Below, piece by piece: positions 44,848 to 53,248 of a stretch of 64,000 nucleotides of DNA (position 1 is its first letter; every line of letters starts with the position of its first letter). The translations under genes and the position numbers were made by a program. Source of the stretch: an uncultured Desulfatitalea sp. GTDB taxonomy: Bacteria; Desulfobacterota; Desulfobacteria; Desulfobacterales; Desulfosarcinaceae. The notes below the pieces were generated by a model that saw nothing but the letters and a program-made list of their open reading frames with translations, made no database searches and was not told where the DNA came from. The DNA lies in contig CAXXMB010000001.1 of assembly GCA_963668675.2 (NCBI GenBank), positions 384,001 through 448,000 on the forward strand. Reading direction: 5' to 3'.

Positions 44848-44981
44848 TGACGAACTCATAAAAAGTCGTCATGCGTCATGCCGGACTTGATCCGGCATCC
44901 AGGAACCATTGAAAAGACTGGATTCCGGCCTTCGCCGGAATGACGGGAAAGGCGCTTCTGCTACTTTTTACGAGATCATCA
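44848..44981. mobile_element. MITE-like element: 19-bp TIRs, two internal hairpins, flanking direct repeat
   Basis: TGACGAACTCATAAAAAGT ... ACTTTTTACGAGATCATCA (16/19); AATCGT at 44843-44848 and 44981-44986. Confidence 0.75.
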
Positions 44982-45016
44982 ATCGTAAACCACACACCCA
45001 AAAGGGAGGAGACGAT

Positions 45017-45829
45017 ATGAAAACCCAACAAAGCATGACGCCCAACGGCTCGTGGGAATACCTCCGCTCCATAGGAGTTCCCGATATGCCACCTCGAACC
45101 TCGCCTTTCGATCCAGGCTACGATCCACTGACTTTGATCAGTCATTTGGAGCAAAGCGCCCATCTCATTTCGGTCCTGAAAATATCAATGGCTTGCTGGC
45201 AGGTGGCCACTGAAGAAGCCACGCGCAAGAAAATTGATGCAGCACGCCGGATCGGTCTCAAGGTGTGCACCGGAGGCGGGCCCTTCGAAGTGGCCGCAAC
45301 ATTTGGTAAGATCCCTGAGTTCATGGACTTATGTTCCGGAATGCGTTTTACGCGCATCGAAGCGGGGGAAGGGTTTACTGAAACCCAACTCGATCCCCAT
45401 CACATCGTTAAAATGGCCGAAGAGCGGGGGCTGGAAGTTCAATTCGAAGTCGGCAAGAAACACGACGGAAGCTTCACAGCCGATATCGTCGGTGAACTGA
45501 TCGATCAGGGCAAACGGTGGTTGGATGCCGGTGCTAAAGAGATCGTCGTGGAAGCACGTGAAAACGCCGAGAATGTGGGCGTATTCGGCGACAAGGGCAG
45601 TTTCAACGCCAAGGCGGCCGATCGCTTCGCAGAGGCCTTCGGGTTGGATGTCGCCATCTACGAAGCTCCCAATAAACCCAGCCAGTTCGCCCTGCTGAAC
45701 CACTTCGGACCCGAGGTTCAGCTGAGCAACATACGAATCGAAGAGCTTTTGCGCGTTGAAATCTACCGCCGCGGACTGCACTCGGATGCGTTTCAACACG
45801 AGAATCTGAAGCCGGCCGGTCCCGCTTGA
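45017..45829 (+). CDS. comA: Phosphosulfolactate synthase (ComA family)
   Basis: GGGPFE, EVGKK, VEARE, YEAP.K..Q, FGPEVQLSNI, E..RRGL..D; GGAGG RBS before ATG 45017. Confidence 0.88.
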   Translation: MKTQQSMTPNGSWEYLRSIGVPDMPPRTSPFDPGYDPLTLISHLEQSAHLISVLKISMACWQVATEEATRKKIDAARRIGLKVCTGGGPFEVAATFGKIPEFMDLCSGMRFTRIEAGEGFTETQLDPHHIVKMAEERGLEVQFEVGKKHDGSFTADIVGELIDQGKRWLDAGAKEIVVEARENAENVGVFGDKGSFNAKAADRFAEAFGLDVAIYEAPNKPSQFALLNHFGPEVQLSNIRIEELLRVEIYRRGLHSDAFQHENLKPAGPA

Positions 45830-45862
45830 CCGAACAGAAGCACTATCAGGAAAGGAAACGCC

Positions 45863-46597
45863 ATGAGCAAAACATTCGTGATCGACGCTTTCCCGGAATC
45901 CGCAGCTCTCTATAAAGACAACTACGCCATCGCGGTGATCGATGTCATTCGGGCCACCACCACAGCGACCACCTCCGTCAGATATGGGCGCAAGGTCTTC
46001 CCAGTGAAAGATACCGACAGTGCCTTCATTCTTGCCGACAAAATGCGGGATGCCCTTCTGGTAGGAGAACTGGGTGGTAATGTTCCTTACGGTTTCCATA
46101 CAACCAACAGCCCGCTTCAGATGGCAGCCCTCGAGCTGATACCCTGCGGACCTTTCTCCGATACGCGCCGACCAATTATTCTACTCTCTTCATCGGGGAC
46201 CCAGCTCTTGCTCAATGCCGCCGGCGCGGATGCGGTCTACCTCGCCTGTTTCAGAAATTTTTCAGCTGTTGCCGCCCATTTGGCCACCCACCACAGCAAA
46301 GTCGCCCTGTTGGGCGCCGGCACCCGTGGACAATTCCGGCGGGAAGATCAGATATGCTGTGCACTGGTCGGGAAGAAATTGATCGCCGCCGGCTTCGAGC
46401 CCGAAAACAAGAGCACCACCGACACAATCTCCCGTTGGGATGGTGTGCACATCGACGTGGTGAGGGAAGGTCGCAGTGCGGAGTACCTTCACAGAACAGG
46501 GCAGGTGCCGGATCTGGAGTTCGTTCTCAACCACATCGACGATTTAGGCACGGTGCCTCAATTTATTGATGGTAGATTGATCAACGCCACAGCTTGA
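45863..46597 (+). CDS. comB: 2-phosphosulfolactate phosphatase (ComB family)
   Basis: VIDVIRATTT, GELGG, NSP, SSSGT, ACFRN, ED..CA; directly after comA. Confidence 0.88.
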   Translation: MSKTFVIDAFPESAALYKDNYAIAVIDVIRATTTATTSVRYGRKVFPVKDTDSAFILADKMRDALLVGELGGNVPYGFHTTNSPLQMAALELIPCGPFSDTRRPIILLSSSGTQLLLNAAGADAVYLACFRNFSAVAAHLATHHSKVALLGAGTRGQFRREDQICCALVGKKLIAAGFEPENKSTTDTISRWDGVHIDVVREGRSAEYLHRTGQVPDLEFVLNHIDDLGTVPQFIDGRLINATA

Positions 46598-46694
46598 GTA
46601 AAATAGAGTCGAATCTTATCTTAAAAGTATTCACTTCTCACATTCGATTTGGTCTTTTCAAAAAAAACCGCAAATCATACAAGGTACTAACCCC

Positions 46695-47750
46695 ATGCTG
46701 CTTAAAATCGAACGATGGATGGCAAGGATCAACATGATCCTGGAAATCTACCGTAATAAATCGGGTCAAGTGTACGTGGAGGATCGGATTTCCGAGTACA
46801 GGGAGATGTGGCGCGCCGCTGCCGAAAAGCAGGGCGCCGCATTCCTGGAGGTGTGCGAGGACATATGGGAAGTCGAATTGAACGGCCGTCGCTCTCGGAT
46901 CAAAAACGATATTCTGGAATTCGACAACCCGGTGACCCTGGACATTGCCGGACGCAAGCCGTTGATCTACAGAATGCTTAGTGAAAAGGGATTGCCGGTA
47001 CCCGACTATTTGGTGTTTCACTATGATGAACTGGAACGTGCAGGTCGGTTTCTACAGACCCATCCCCTCGGCTGCGCTGTCAAGCCAGCCAACGGGACCT
47101 CTTCCGGCCGCGGTGTTACCACCCACGTCACCACCACAAAAGAGCTGCGAAAGGCGGCGATCCTGGCGTCGCTCTATTGTCGGGAGGTGTTGATTGAACC
47201 GATGATCGCCGGCGAATGCTATCGACTGCTCGTGCTTGACGGGCAAGTCGTGCATGCCGTGTGCCGGCGCGGCCACAGACTCACCGGAGACGGCCGCTTA
47301 AGCGTATCCCAGTTGATCCGTGAGGAGAACGAGCGGCTGAAGCAAAACGGTAAATCGGCGCTTGACATCGATCGTGACTGCCAGTTCAGCCTGGCGTACC
47401 AAGGCTTGACCCTGGAGGCAGTTCCCGAAAAGGACAGGGACATCATCGTGAAAAGCGTGGATACCAGTTCCCGGGACTTCAGAGAGGTGCGCACGGTCTA
47501 TAATAGTGTGGTCACCGATGCCGTTTGCACCGACATGATCCAAAAGGCTCGGGAAGCGGCAGAGGTACTGCGCTCCCGGTTCGTTGGTGTCGATTTTATC
47601 ACAGCCGACGCAAGCAAACCACTGGCCGATACGGGCGGCGTGATCAACGAAGTCAACACGACCCCGGGACTGCATCACCACTACGATAGCGAAAGTGAGA
47701 AGTTCCCGGCGGTGGCACCGATGATTCTGGAGGCATTGCTGCAGAATTAA
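46695..47750 (+). CDS. ATP-grasp ligase resembling the cyanophycin synthetase/GshAB ATP-grasp domain (no Mur domain)
   Basis: GLPVP, VKP..G..GRGVT, YRLLVLDG, GDG..SV.QLI..EN, GVDFIT.D, EVNTTPGL. Confidence 0.82.
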   Translation: MLLKIERWMARINMILEIYRNKSGQVYVEDRISEYREMWRAAAEKQGAAFLEVCEDIWEVELNGRRSRIKNDILEFDNPVTLDIAGRKPLIYRMLSEKGLPVPDYLVFHYDELERAGRFLQTHPLGCAVKPANGTSSGRGVTTHVTTTKELRKAAILASLYCREVLIEPMIAGECYRLLVLDGQVVHAVCRRGHRLTGDGRLSVSQLIREENERLKQNGKSALDIDRDCQFSLAYQGLTLEAVPEKDRDIIVKSVDTSSRDFREVRTVYNSVVTDAVCTDMIQKAREAAEVLRSRFVGVDFITADASKPLADTGGVINEVNTTPGLHHHYDSESEKFPAVAPMILEALLQN

Positions 47751-48174
47751 ATCCGAAATTCGAAACAAATCCGAATGACCAAAATTCGAAACGAGCCTAT
47801 TTGCCAAATACAGGCTCAAGCCGGCGGCTCTGGGACTCTTAGTCGTAATGCAGCTACTTCCAAGTATAAAGTTTGAATTCAACTCTGGTGACCTGAGGTT
47901 CTCACGTTATCAATCCGGGCGGGGATAAACCCCGCCCCTACACGGATCACGCTCACTCTTCGTAGGGGCGGGCTTTATGCCCGCCCGCTGTGCTGGATCC
48001 AATTCTTCAGGACCTGAATCCCGGCCTTCGCCGGGATGACGGAAAAATGGCCGGGATGACGGATAAATGACCGGGATGACGAAAATGGTCGGGATGCTGC
48101 GCAAGACATGTTTCGAATTTTGAGTTTTGGTCATTCGAATTTGTTTCGGATTTCGAAATTCGGATTTCGGATTT
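47749..48174. repeat. Nested composite repeat: inverted heptamer arms around a REP doublet (47917-47941, 47962-47986) and a 20-bp tandem array (48031-48097)
   Basis: Arms are reverse complements; CCGGGATGACGG-AAATG unit repeated about four times. Confidence 0.85.
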
Positions 48175-48226
48175 CCTCTTAAGGTATTCTACCGAATTTA
48201 TCTTTAACTCAGGAGTTGCCCCTTAG

Positions 48227-49654
48227 TTGTTATTTAATTCACTAATATTTATACTATTTGGCAGCCTTTTCTTCCTGATTTGGCCTTTTCTGAGCAGAAC
48301 GAGGCAGACCCGCTGGATCTTTCTGATCGCTGCCTCGTTTGTCTTCTACGGCTGGTGGGACTGGCGGTTTCTCTTTTTGATCATCTTCAGCGGCGGCATC
48401 GACTTTTTGGCCGCACTGGCGATCGAACGCTACCCGCAGCGCAAAAAGCCTTTTCTGGTGCTGTCGCTTGCCGGCAATTTAGGCGCCCTGGGGATCTTCA
48501 AGTACAGTCGGTTTATCGCAGAAAATCTGGATCTGGGGCTGGCCGCGCTGAACCTGCCGTTTCGTTTGACGGGAGCTATTCCTCCGTTCCTCGGAATGGT
48601 TCCGGTCGGCATCAGTTTTTATACGTTTCAGTCGTTGAGCTATAGCATCGACGTCTACCGGGGGGAGCTTCGCCCGACGCGCAATCCGTTCCACTTTTTC
48701 GCTTATCTGGCCATGTTCCCTCAACTGGTGGCCGGGCCCATCGTGAGGGCTGCCGACCTGTTGCCTCAGTTGGAGCAAATGCCCAAAACAACACCGGAAG
48801 ACCGTTCCGAAGGGCTGCGCCTTATCGTTCACGGCTACTTCAAAAAGATGGTCATCGCCGATAACATGGCCCCGATGGTAGATGCGGCTTTCGGCAGCGC
48901 TTCCCTTGAAACCTCCAGCATATACTGGTGGTTGATTGTAACCATGTTTGCCTTGCAGATCTATTGCGACTTCAGCGGATACAGCGACATCGCCCGCGGG
49001 CTCGCGCGTTGGATGGGATTCCGATTCTCCTTGAACTTCAACCATCCTTACGCGTCCCGGAGCCTGAGAGAGTTCTGGCAGCGGTGGCACATCTCTCTTT
49101 CAACCTGGTTTAGAGACTACGTCTACATTCCTTTGGGTGGATCTAAAGTCGGCGGGCCGCAAACCTATCGCAACCTCTGGATCACCATGATGCTCTCCGG
49201 GCTGTGGCATGGTGCGGCGTGGACATTTCTGGCGTGGTCAGCCGTGCACTCCCTTTTTCTAAGCATAGAGCGATCGACCGGATGGACACGGCGCCTGGCC
49301 CGCCACAAGGGAGCCTCACTGCTGCTTACATCGATCGTCCTCGTACAGGTCTGGGTCGCATGGGTCTTCTTTCGGGCCGAGAGCATGGGGCAGGCAATCG
49401 CGATCCTGGGTCATATGTTCTCATTTCGCATGACCGCCTTTCAGCCGGTAGACGCTCTGCTGTTCATGAAAGCCGCTTTTCTGGCCATCTTCTGGCTGGC
49501 GATAGAGCTGGGAATCGGCTTCCGGCTGCCGGAAAGGTTCGGGGCGGCCGCTATCCGCAGCCGATGGGCTGTTGAAATACGGTTGGCGCTGATGATCACT
49601 GCCTGCCTCTTTATGCGCGGACCGGGCAGCGCATTTATATACTTCCAATTCTGA
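48227..49654 (+). CDS. MBOAT family membrane O-acyltransferase (AlgI/DltB/PatA-like)
   Basis: MLFNS, ASFVFYGWW, PVGISFYTFQ, FPQLVAGPI, DFSGYSD, FWQRWHISLS, GLWHGA, FIYFQF. Confidence 0.94.
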   Translation: MLFNSLIFILFGSLFFLIWPFLSRTRQTRWIFLIAASFVFYGWWDWRFLFLIIFSGGIDFLAALAIERYPQRKKPFLVLSLAGNLGALGIFKYSRFIAENLDLGLAALNLPFRLTGAIPPFLGMVPVGISFYTFQSLSYSIDVYRGELRPTRNPFHFFAYLAMFPQLVAGPIVRAADLLPQLEQMPKTTPEDRSEGLRLIVHGYFKKMVIADNMAPMVDAAFGSASLETSSIYWWLIVTMFALQIYCDFSGYSDIARGLARWMGFRFSLNFNHPYASRSLREFWQRWHISLSTWFRDYVYIPLGGSKVGGPQTYRNLWITMMLSGLWHGAAWTFLAWSAVHSLFLSIERSTGWTRRLARHKGASLLLTSIVLVQVWVAWVFFRAESMGQAIAILGHMFSFRMTAFQPVDALLFMKAAFLAIFWLAIELGIGFRLPERFGAAAIRSRWAVEIRLALMITACLFMRGPGSAFIYFQF

Positions 49655-49669
49655 CGAACGGGTGCCGCC

Positions 49670-50626
49670 ATGCAACAACCTCGACTCTCACATACAATCG
49701 TGGCTGCGGCCATTCTCATCACGGTCGCCGGTATGTCGGCTCCCGCTTCACCGTGGATCAACACGGGCGTTCCGAATGACGCCTTCTGGATCACCAAGGC
49801 GTTTCACGACAGAACCTATGATATGGTGGTGGCCGGAGATTCCCGGGTCTTGAAGGGAATTTCCCCCCGCGCCATGGAAAAGGTGCTCGAGGGAGTGACG
49901 ATCTTCAACTACGGCTTCGATCACAACGCGTACACCCAGGTCTACCTGAGTGCAACCGAGTCGCTCGTGGACCAAAGAAGCCAGCGAAAGGCGATTCTTC
50001 TGGGGATATCGCCCCAATCATTGACCCAAGAGGCCGCCCAGCGCAACGGCTTTCTCGCATTACGCGAAAGCGACCGCTTCAAGCGATTTAAAATGCGCTA
50101 TGTGCAGCCCTATCTCAACTTTTTCGAGCCGTACAACCTTTACCAGATTTTCGAAATCGTGCGCGGCATTCCGCCCGTGCTTTACTACCAGCACCACACA
50201 CCGGATGGTTGGGTTGCCAGTCATAAAGAGCCCGAAGACCCCTTCTACCAGATCCGGCGCTACCAAGGGCGCTTCGATAACAATCAGGTCTCTCCCATGC
50301 TGACCCAACAGCTTCTCGACTACGTCCGGCGCTGGCGCAAAGCAGGCATCGACGTATTCGCAATGCGCCTGCCCACATCTCCGGCCATGCTGGCACTGGA
50401 GAACAGCCAGAGCGGCTTCGATCAGGAGCGTTTTGTTGCAGAGGTCGAAAAGGCCGGCGCTACTTGGATAGAACTGGAACAAACCGGCTATCACAGTTAC
50501 GACGGTAGCCACCTGCGCAAGGATGCGGCCATCGAGCTCTCCATCCAGATCGCCCGAAAGCTCGAATCCAGGATCGTGACCGATAGGCAGCAGGCCAAAA
50601 GCGGCCGCAACGCCCATATGCAGTAA
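49670..50626 (+). CDS. Periplasmic SGNH-like acyltransferase partner (AlgJ/DltD-like)
   Basis: N-terminal signal/anchor, AGDSR (GDS), FNYG, DGSHL (DxxH); directly after the MBOAT. Confidence 0.72.
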   Translation: MQQPRLSHTIVAAAILITVAGMSAPASPWINTGVPNDAFWITKAFHDRTYDMVVAGDSRVLKGISPRAMEKVLEGVTIFNYGFDHNAYTQVYLSATESLVDQRSQRKAILLGISPQSLTQEAAQRNGFLALRESDRFKRFKMRYVQPYLNFFEPYNLYQIFEIVRGIPPVLYYQHHTPDGWVASHKEPEDPFYQIRRYQGRFDNNQVSPMLTQQLLDYVRRWRKAGIDVFAMRLPTSPAMLALENSQSGFDQERFVAEVEKAGATWIELEQTGYHSYDGSHLRKDAAIELSIQIARKLESRIVTDRQQAKSGRNAHMQ

Positions 50627-50658
50627 TACCAAATTGTGGTGTTGCACCTGGCTCCAAA

Positions 50659-50784
50659 AAGTCCCCCTTTTCCAAAGGGGGATATAGGGGGATTCCTACC
50701 ATAACCGCAAATAGACATTTAATGCAGTTGGTTATCACGAAATGTCGAAAATCCCCCCAGCCCCCTTTGGAAAAGGGGGAGACG
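50659..50784. repeat. CCCCCTTT/AAAGGGGG double-hairpin repeat, copy 2
   Basis: Ends match 17964-18089; the middle differs. Confidence 0.85.
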
Positions 50785-50834
50785 CTGCAAAGGCAATATG
50801 ATCAATTGCAAAGCACCGATAACAGGAAAATGAC

Positions 50835-51863
50835 ATGCAATTAAAAATATCGTCGCAACCGCCCTCCCACTGGGACGCCATGATCTCCAGGTTCAACGGC
50901 AATATGTTCCATTCCCCGCAATGGGCCGCCTCACGACGTGCAGGCAACTGCCGGCCGCTCTATTTCGAACTGCACGACCGCCAGGACGATTGCCGTGGCA
51001 TCGCATTGGGCATTGAAACCCGGTCACCGGTGCCGATCGTCGGTCGCCTGTCCCGGCAGCTGGAATTTGAAACCTTCCCAGTGGTGTGCGACGATCGCAA
51101 CGATTTGCTACGCAATATGATGCAGAATATCATCTCAAGTGCAGCCGACAGGGCATGCCGGCGAGTTGTCTTCAACTCCTACATGAGCCGCACCGCCTTG
51201 CCGCGGTCCGTCGAGGTGGACGTCGACACCGAGGACCGAATCGAATTTGTCGTCAATCTCGCCCAGTCTGACGACGAGCTCGTGTCCAAAATGAGCAAGC
51301 ACCACAAACGGAAGCTGAAAAAGGCCTGCAAACACGATTTAACCTTCGAACATTACCAGGATCTCGACGCGATGCAGCAGTTCAGGAAGCTTCAGAAGCG
51401 ATCCCGCGATCGCCGCCTCGAACGGGGAGAAGAGATGGCCGTAATGGAAGACACATATTACGAAACATTAGGCAAACGCTACTTTGCTAATGATCTGGGG
51501 ACCGTATTCATGCTGACCAAGGACGGTACGCCCGTGTCTGCAGCGTTTGTAGCCCATTACGGTTCTCATGCACTTTACATGTACGGTGGCAGCAGCGATG
51601 CAGGGTTTAAGATGGATGCACCGCTTCTGCTTTTTACGCGAATTTTTGCGCACTGCCGCGAACAAGGGCGTCGCGTGTTCAATCTTGGAGGCGTACCGAT
51701 GCAGGCAAGAGAACCTGAAGCCCCTTCCCACGGTCTGTACCGGTTCAAAGACGGCTTCGGTGGTGAGCAGCGGTTCTGTGAAAATGTCGTGGCCCGTAAT
51801 TTGAACCCGGGCCGGGATAAGCTGTTTAATTTGGGCAAGCGCCTGTTCAGGCAGGTAAGATGA
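50835..51863 (+). CDS. FemABX/GNAT family transferase
   Basis: FHSPQWA, MSKHHKRKLKKA, YMYGGS, FNLGGV, GLYRFKDGFGG. Confidence 0.82.
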   Translation: MQLKISSQPPSHWDAMISRFNGNMFHSPQWAASRRAGNCRPLYFELHDRQDDCRGIALGIETRSPVPIVGRLSRQLEFETFPVVCDDRNDLLRNMMQNIISSAADRACRRVVFNSYMSRTALPRSVEVDVDTEDRIEFVVNLAQSDDELVSKMSKHHKRKLKKACKHDLTFEHYQDLDAMQQFRKLQKRSRDRRLERGEEMAVMEDTYYETLGKRYFANDLGTVFMLTKDGTPVSAAFVAHYGSHALYMYGGSSDAGFKMDAPLLLFTRIFAHCREQGRRVFNLGGVPMQAREPEAPSHGLYRFKDGFGGEQRFCENVVARNLNPGRDKLFNLGKRLFRQVR

Positions 51864-51953
51864 GGGCGTAAGAGGTCGGCGGATACCTTGACCGACATGA
51901 TTTTCGACTTACTCTTGCTGACTAAGACTAACTGCGCACAAAGAGAAGGTGCT

Positions 51954-53177
51954 ATGAAAGATGCCACCCTGAAAATCAACGATACAAGTACACCGGTTGT
52001 GCTGCTGGGATGCAAGCTGGGTGCTCTGGCGATCATGCGCAGCCTCGGTTCCCAGGGGGTTAAGATATACGGCGTCGATGACGATCCCCAATCGCCGGCC
52101 CTGCGCTCCCGATACCTGTCGGAGAAGTACATCAAAGGCTTTAACGAAGAGGCGCCGCAAGACTACCTGCAGTTTGTCCTCAAGCTGGGTAGAACCCTTC
52201 CGACCCGGGCGGTCTTGATCCCGACCTCCGATGAACTGTCAGAGTTCGTAGCCGAAAATCGGGAAGCACTTAAGCGTTATTATCTTTTTCCGGATAACCA
52301 GATCGGTCTGGTCCGCGGACTGGCCAGCAAAAAGGAGATGTTCCGCATCGCCAGCGACGTCGGTATTCCGACCCCCCAAACCCTGTTCCCGCAAAATCCG
52401 GACGATGTGGCCGCCTATGCCGATCGTATCACCTTCCCAGTTATGCTTAAGGGGATATACGGCAACCGGTTGCACGAGAGAACCGGAAAAAAGATGGTAG
52501 ACGTCCACTCCAGGGAGGAGTTGATGCAGACCTACCTGGAGATGGAGGATCCCGACGAGCCCAACCTGATGATGCAGGAGTTGATCCCGGGCGGAGACGA
52601 TCAGGTGTATATCTTCAACGGTTATTTCAACAACGAGTCCGACTGCCTGGCCTCCTATACCGGTTATAAAGTGAGACAATGTCCGATTCATGTCGGCTGC
52701 GCCTCACTGGGAGAATGCCGATGGAACAGTGCCGTGGCCGCTTTAACGAAGAAATTCATGAAAGCCATCGGATATCGCGGCATCCTGGATATCGGCTATC
52801 GATTGGACCCGCGTGACGGTCAGTACAAAGTGCTCGACGTCAATCCGAGAGTTGGACAGGCGTTTCGGATCTTCGTCTCCCACAGCGGAATGGATGTGGT
52901 ACGGGCCCTTTATCTGGATTTGACAGGACAGCCGGTGCCCGAATCGCCGCCCAGGGAAGGGAGACGGTGGATCATCGAAGACTATGATTTTATCTTCTCC
53001 ATTCTTCCCTATTACCTGGAGGGATCTCTGACCATATCCCAATGGTTGAAGTCATTTAAGGGGCTGGAAGAGGGGGCCTGGTTCGACTCGCGCGACCCCT
53101 TGCCGTTTGTGAAGATGGGGCAGGGGTATGCCAAGCGTTTGATGAATTGGGGCCTGAAACGTCTGAATCCGCTATGA
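51954..53177 (+). CDS. ATP-grasp carboxylate-amine ligase (D-aspartate ligase-like)
   Basis: RSLG..G, LIPTSD, IPTPQT, QELIPGGD, DPRDGQYKVLDVNPR, D.RDPLP. Confidence 0.82.
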   Translation: MKDATLKINDTSTPVVLLGCKLGALAIMRSLGSQGVKIYGVDDDPQSPALRSRYLSEKYIKGFNEEAPQDYLQFVLKLGRTLPTRAVLIPTSDELSEFVAENREALKRYYLFPDNQIGLVRGLASKKEMFRIASDVGIPTPQTLFPQNPDDVAAYADRITFPVMLKGIYGNRLHERTGKKMVDVHSREELMQTYLEMEDPDEPNLMMQELIPGGDDQVYIFNGYFNNESDCLASYTGYKVRQCPIHVGCASLGECRWNSAVAALTKKFMKAIGYRGILDIGYRLDPRDGQYKVLDVNPRVGQAFRIFVSHSGMDVVRALYLDLTGQPVPESPPREGRRWIIEDYDFIFSILPYYLEGSLTISQWLKSFKGLEEGAWFDSRDPLPFVKMGQGYAKRLMNWGLKRLNPL

Positions 53178-53248
53178 CAAACGAGGACGGCGCTGTGCTG
53201 CAGTATCGATCCGTAAATCAGCAGGCGTCAACCTTATTAGGAGTGCCA

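Noticed and set aside
44909..45016. N-terminal extension of ComA; likewise 38731-38778 for WecB
   Set aside because: Translated repeat DNA; better starts lie at 45017 and 38779
45017..46597. Coenzyme M biosynthesis or archaeal origin
   Set aside because: No comC/comDE in the window; the context is bacterial and EPS-related. It cannot be excluded genome-wide.
46695..47750. Cyanophycin synthetase cphA
   Set aside because: Only 351 aa, no Mur-ligase half, no cphB
48031..48097. CRISPR array (also considered for the REP tandem at 10956-11036)
   Set aside because: Units are too short or degenerate, there are no unique spacers of CRISPR size, and no cas genes
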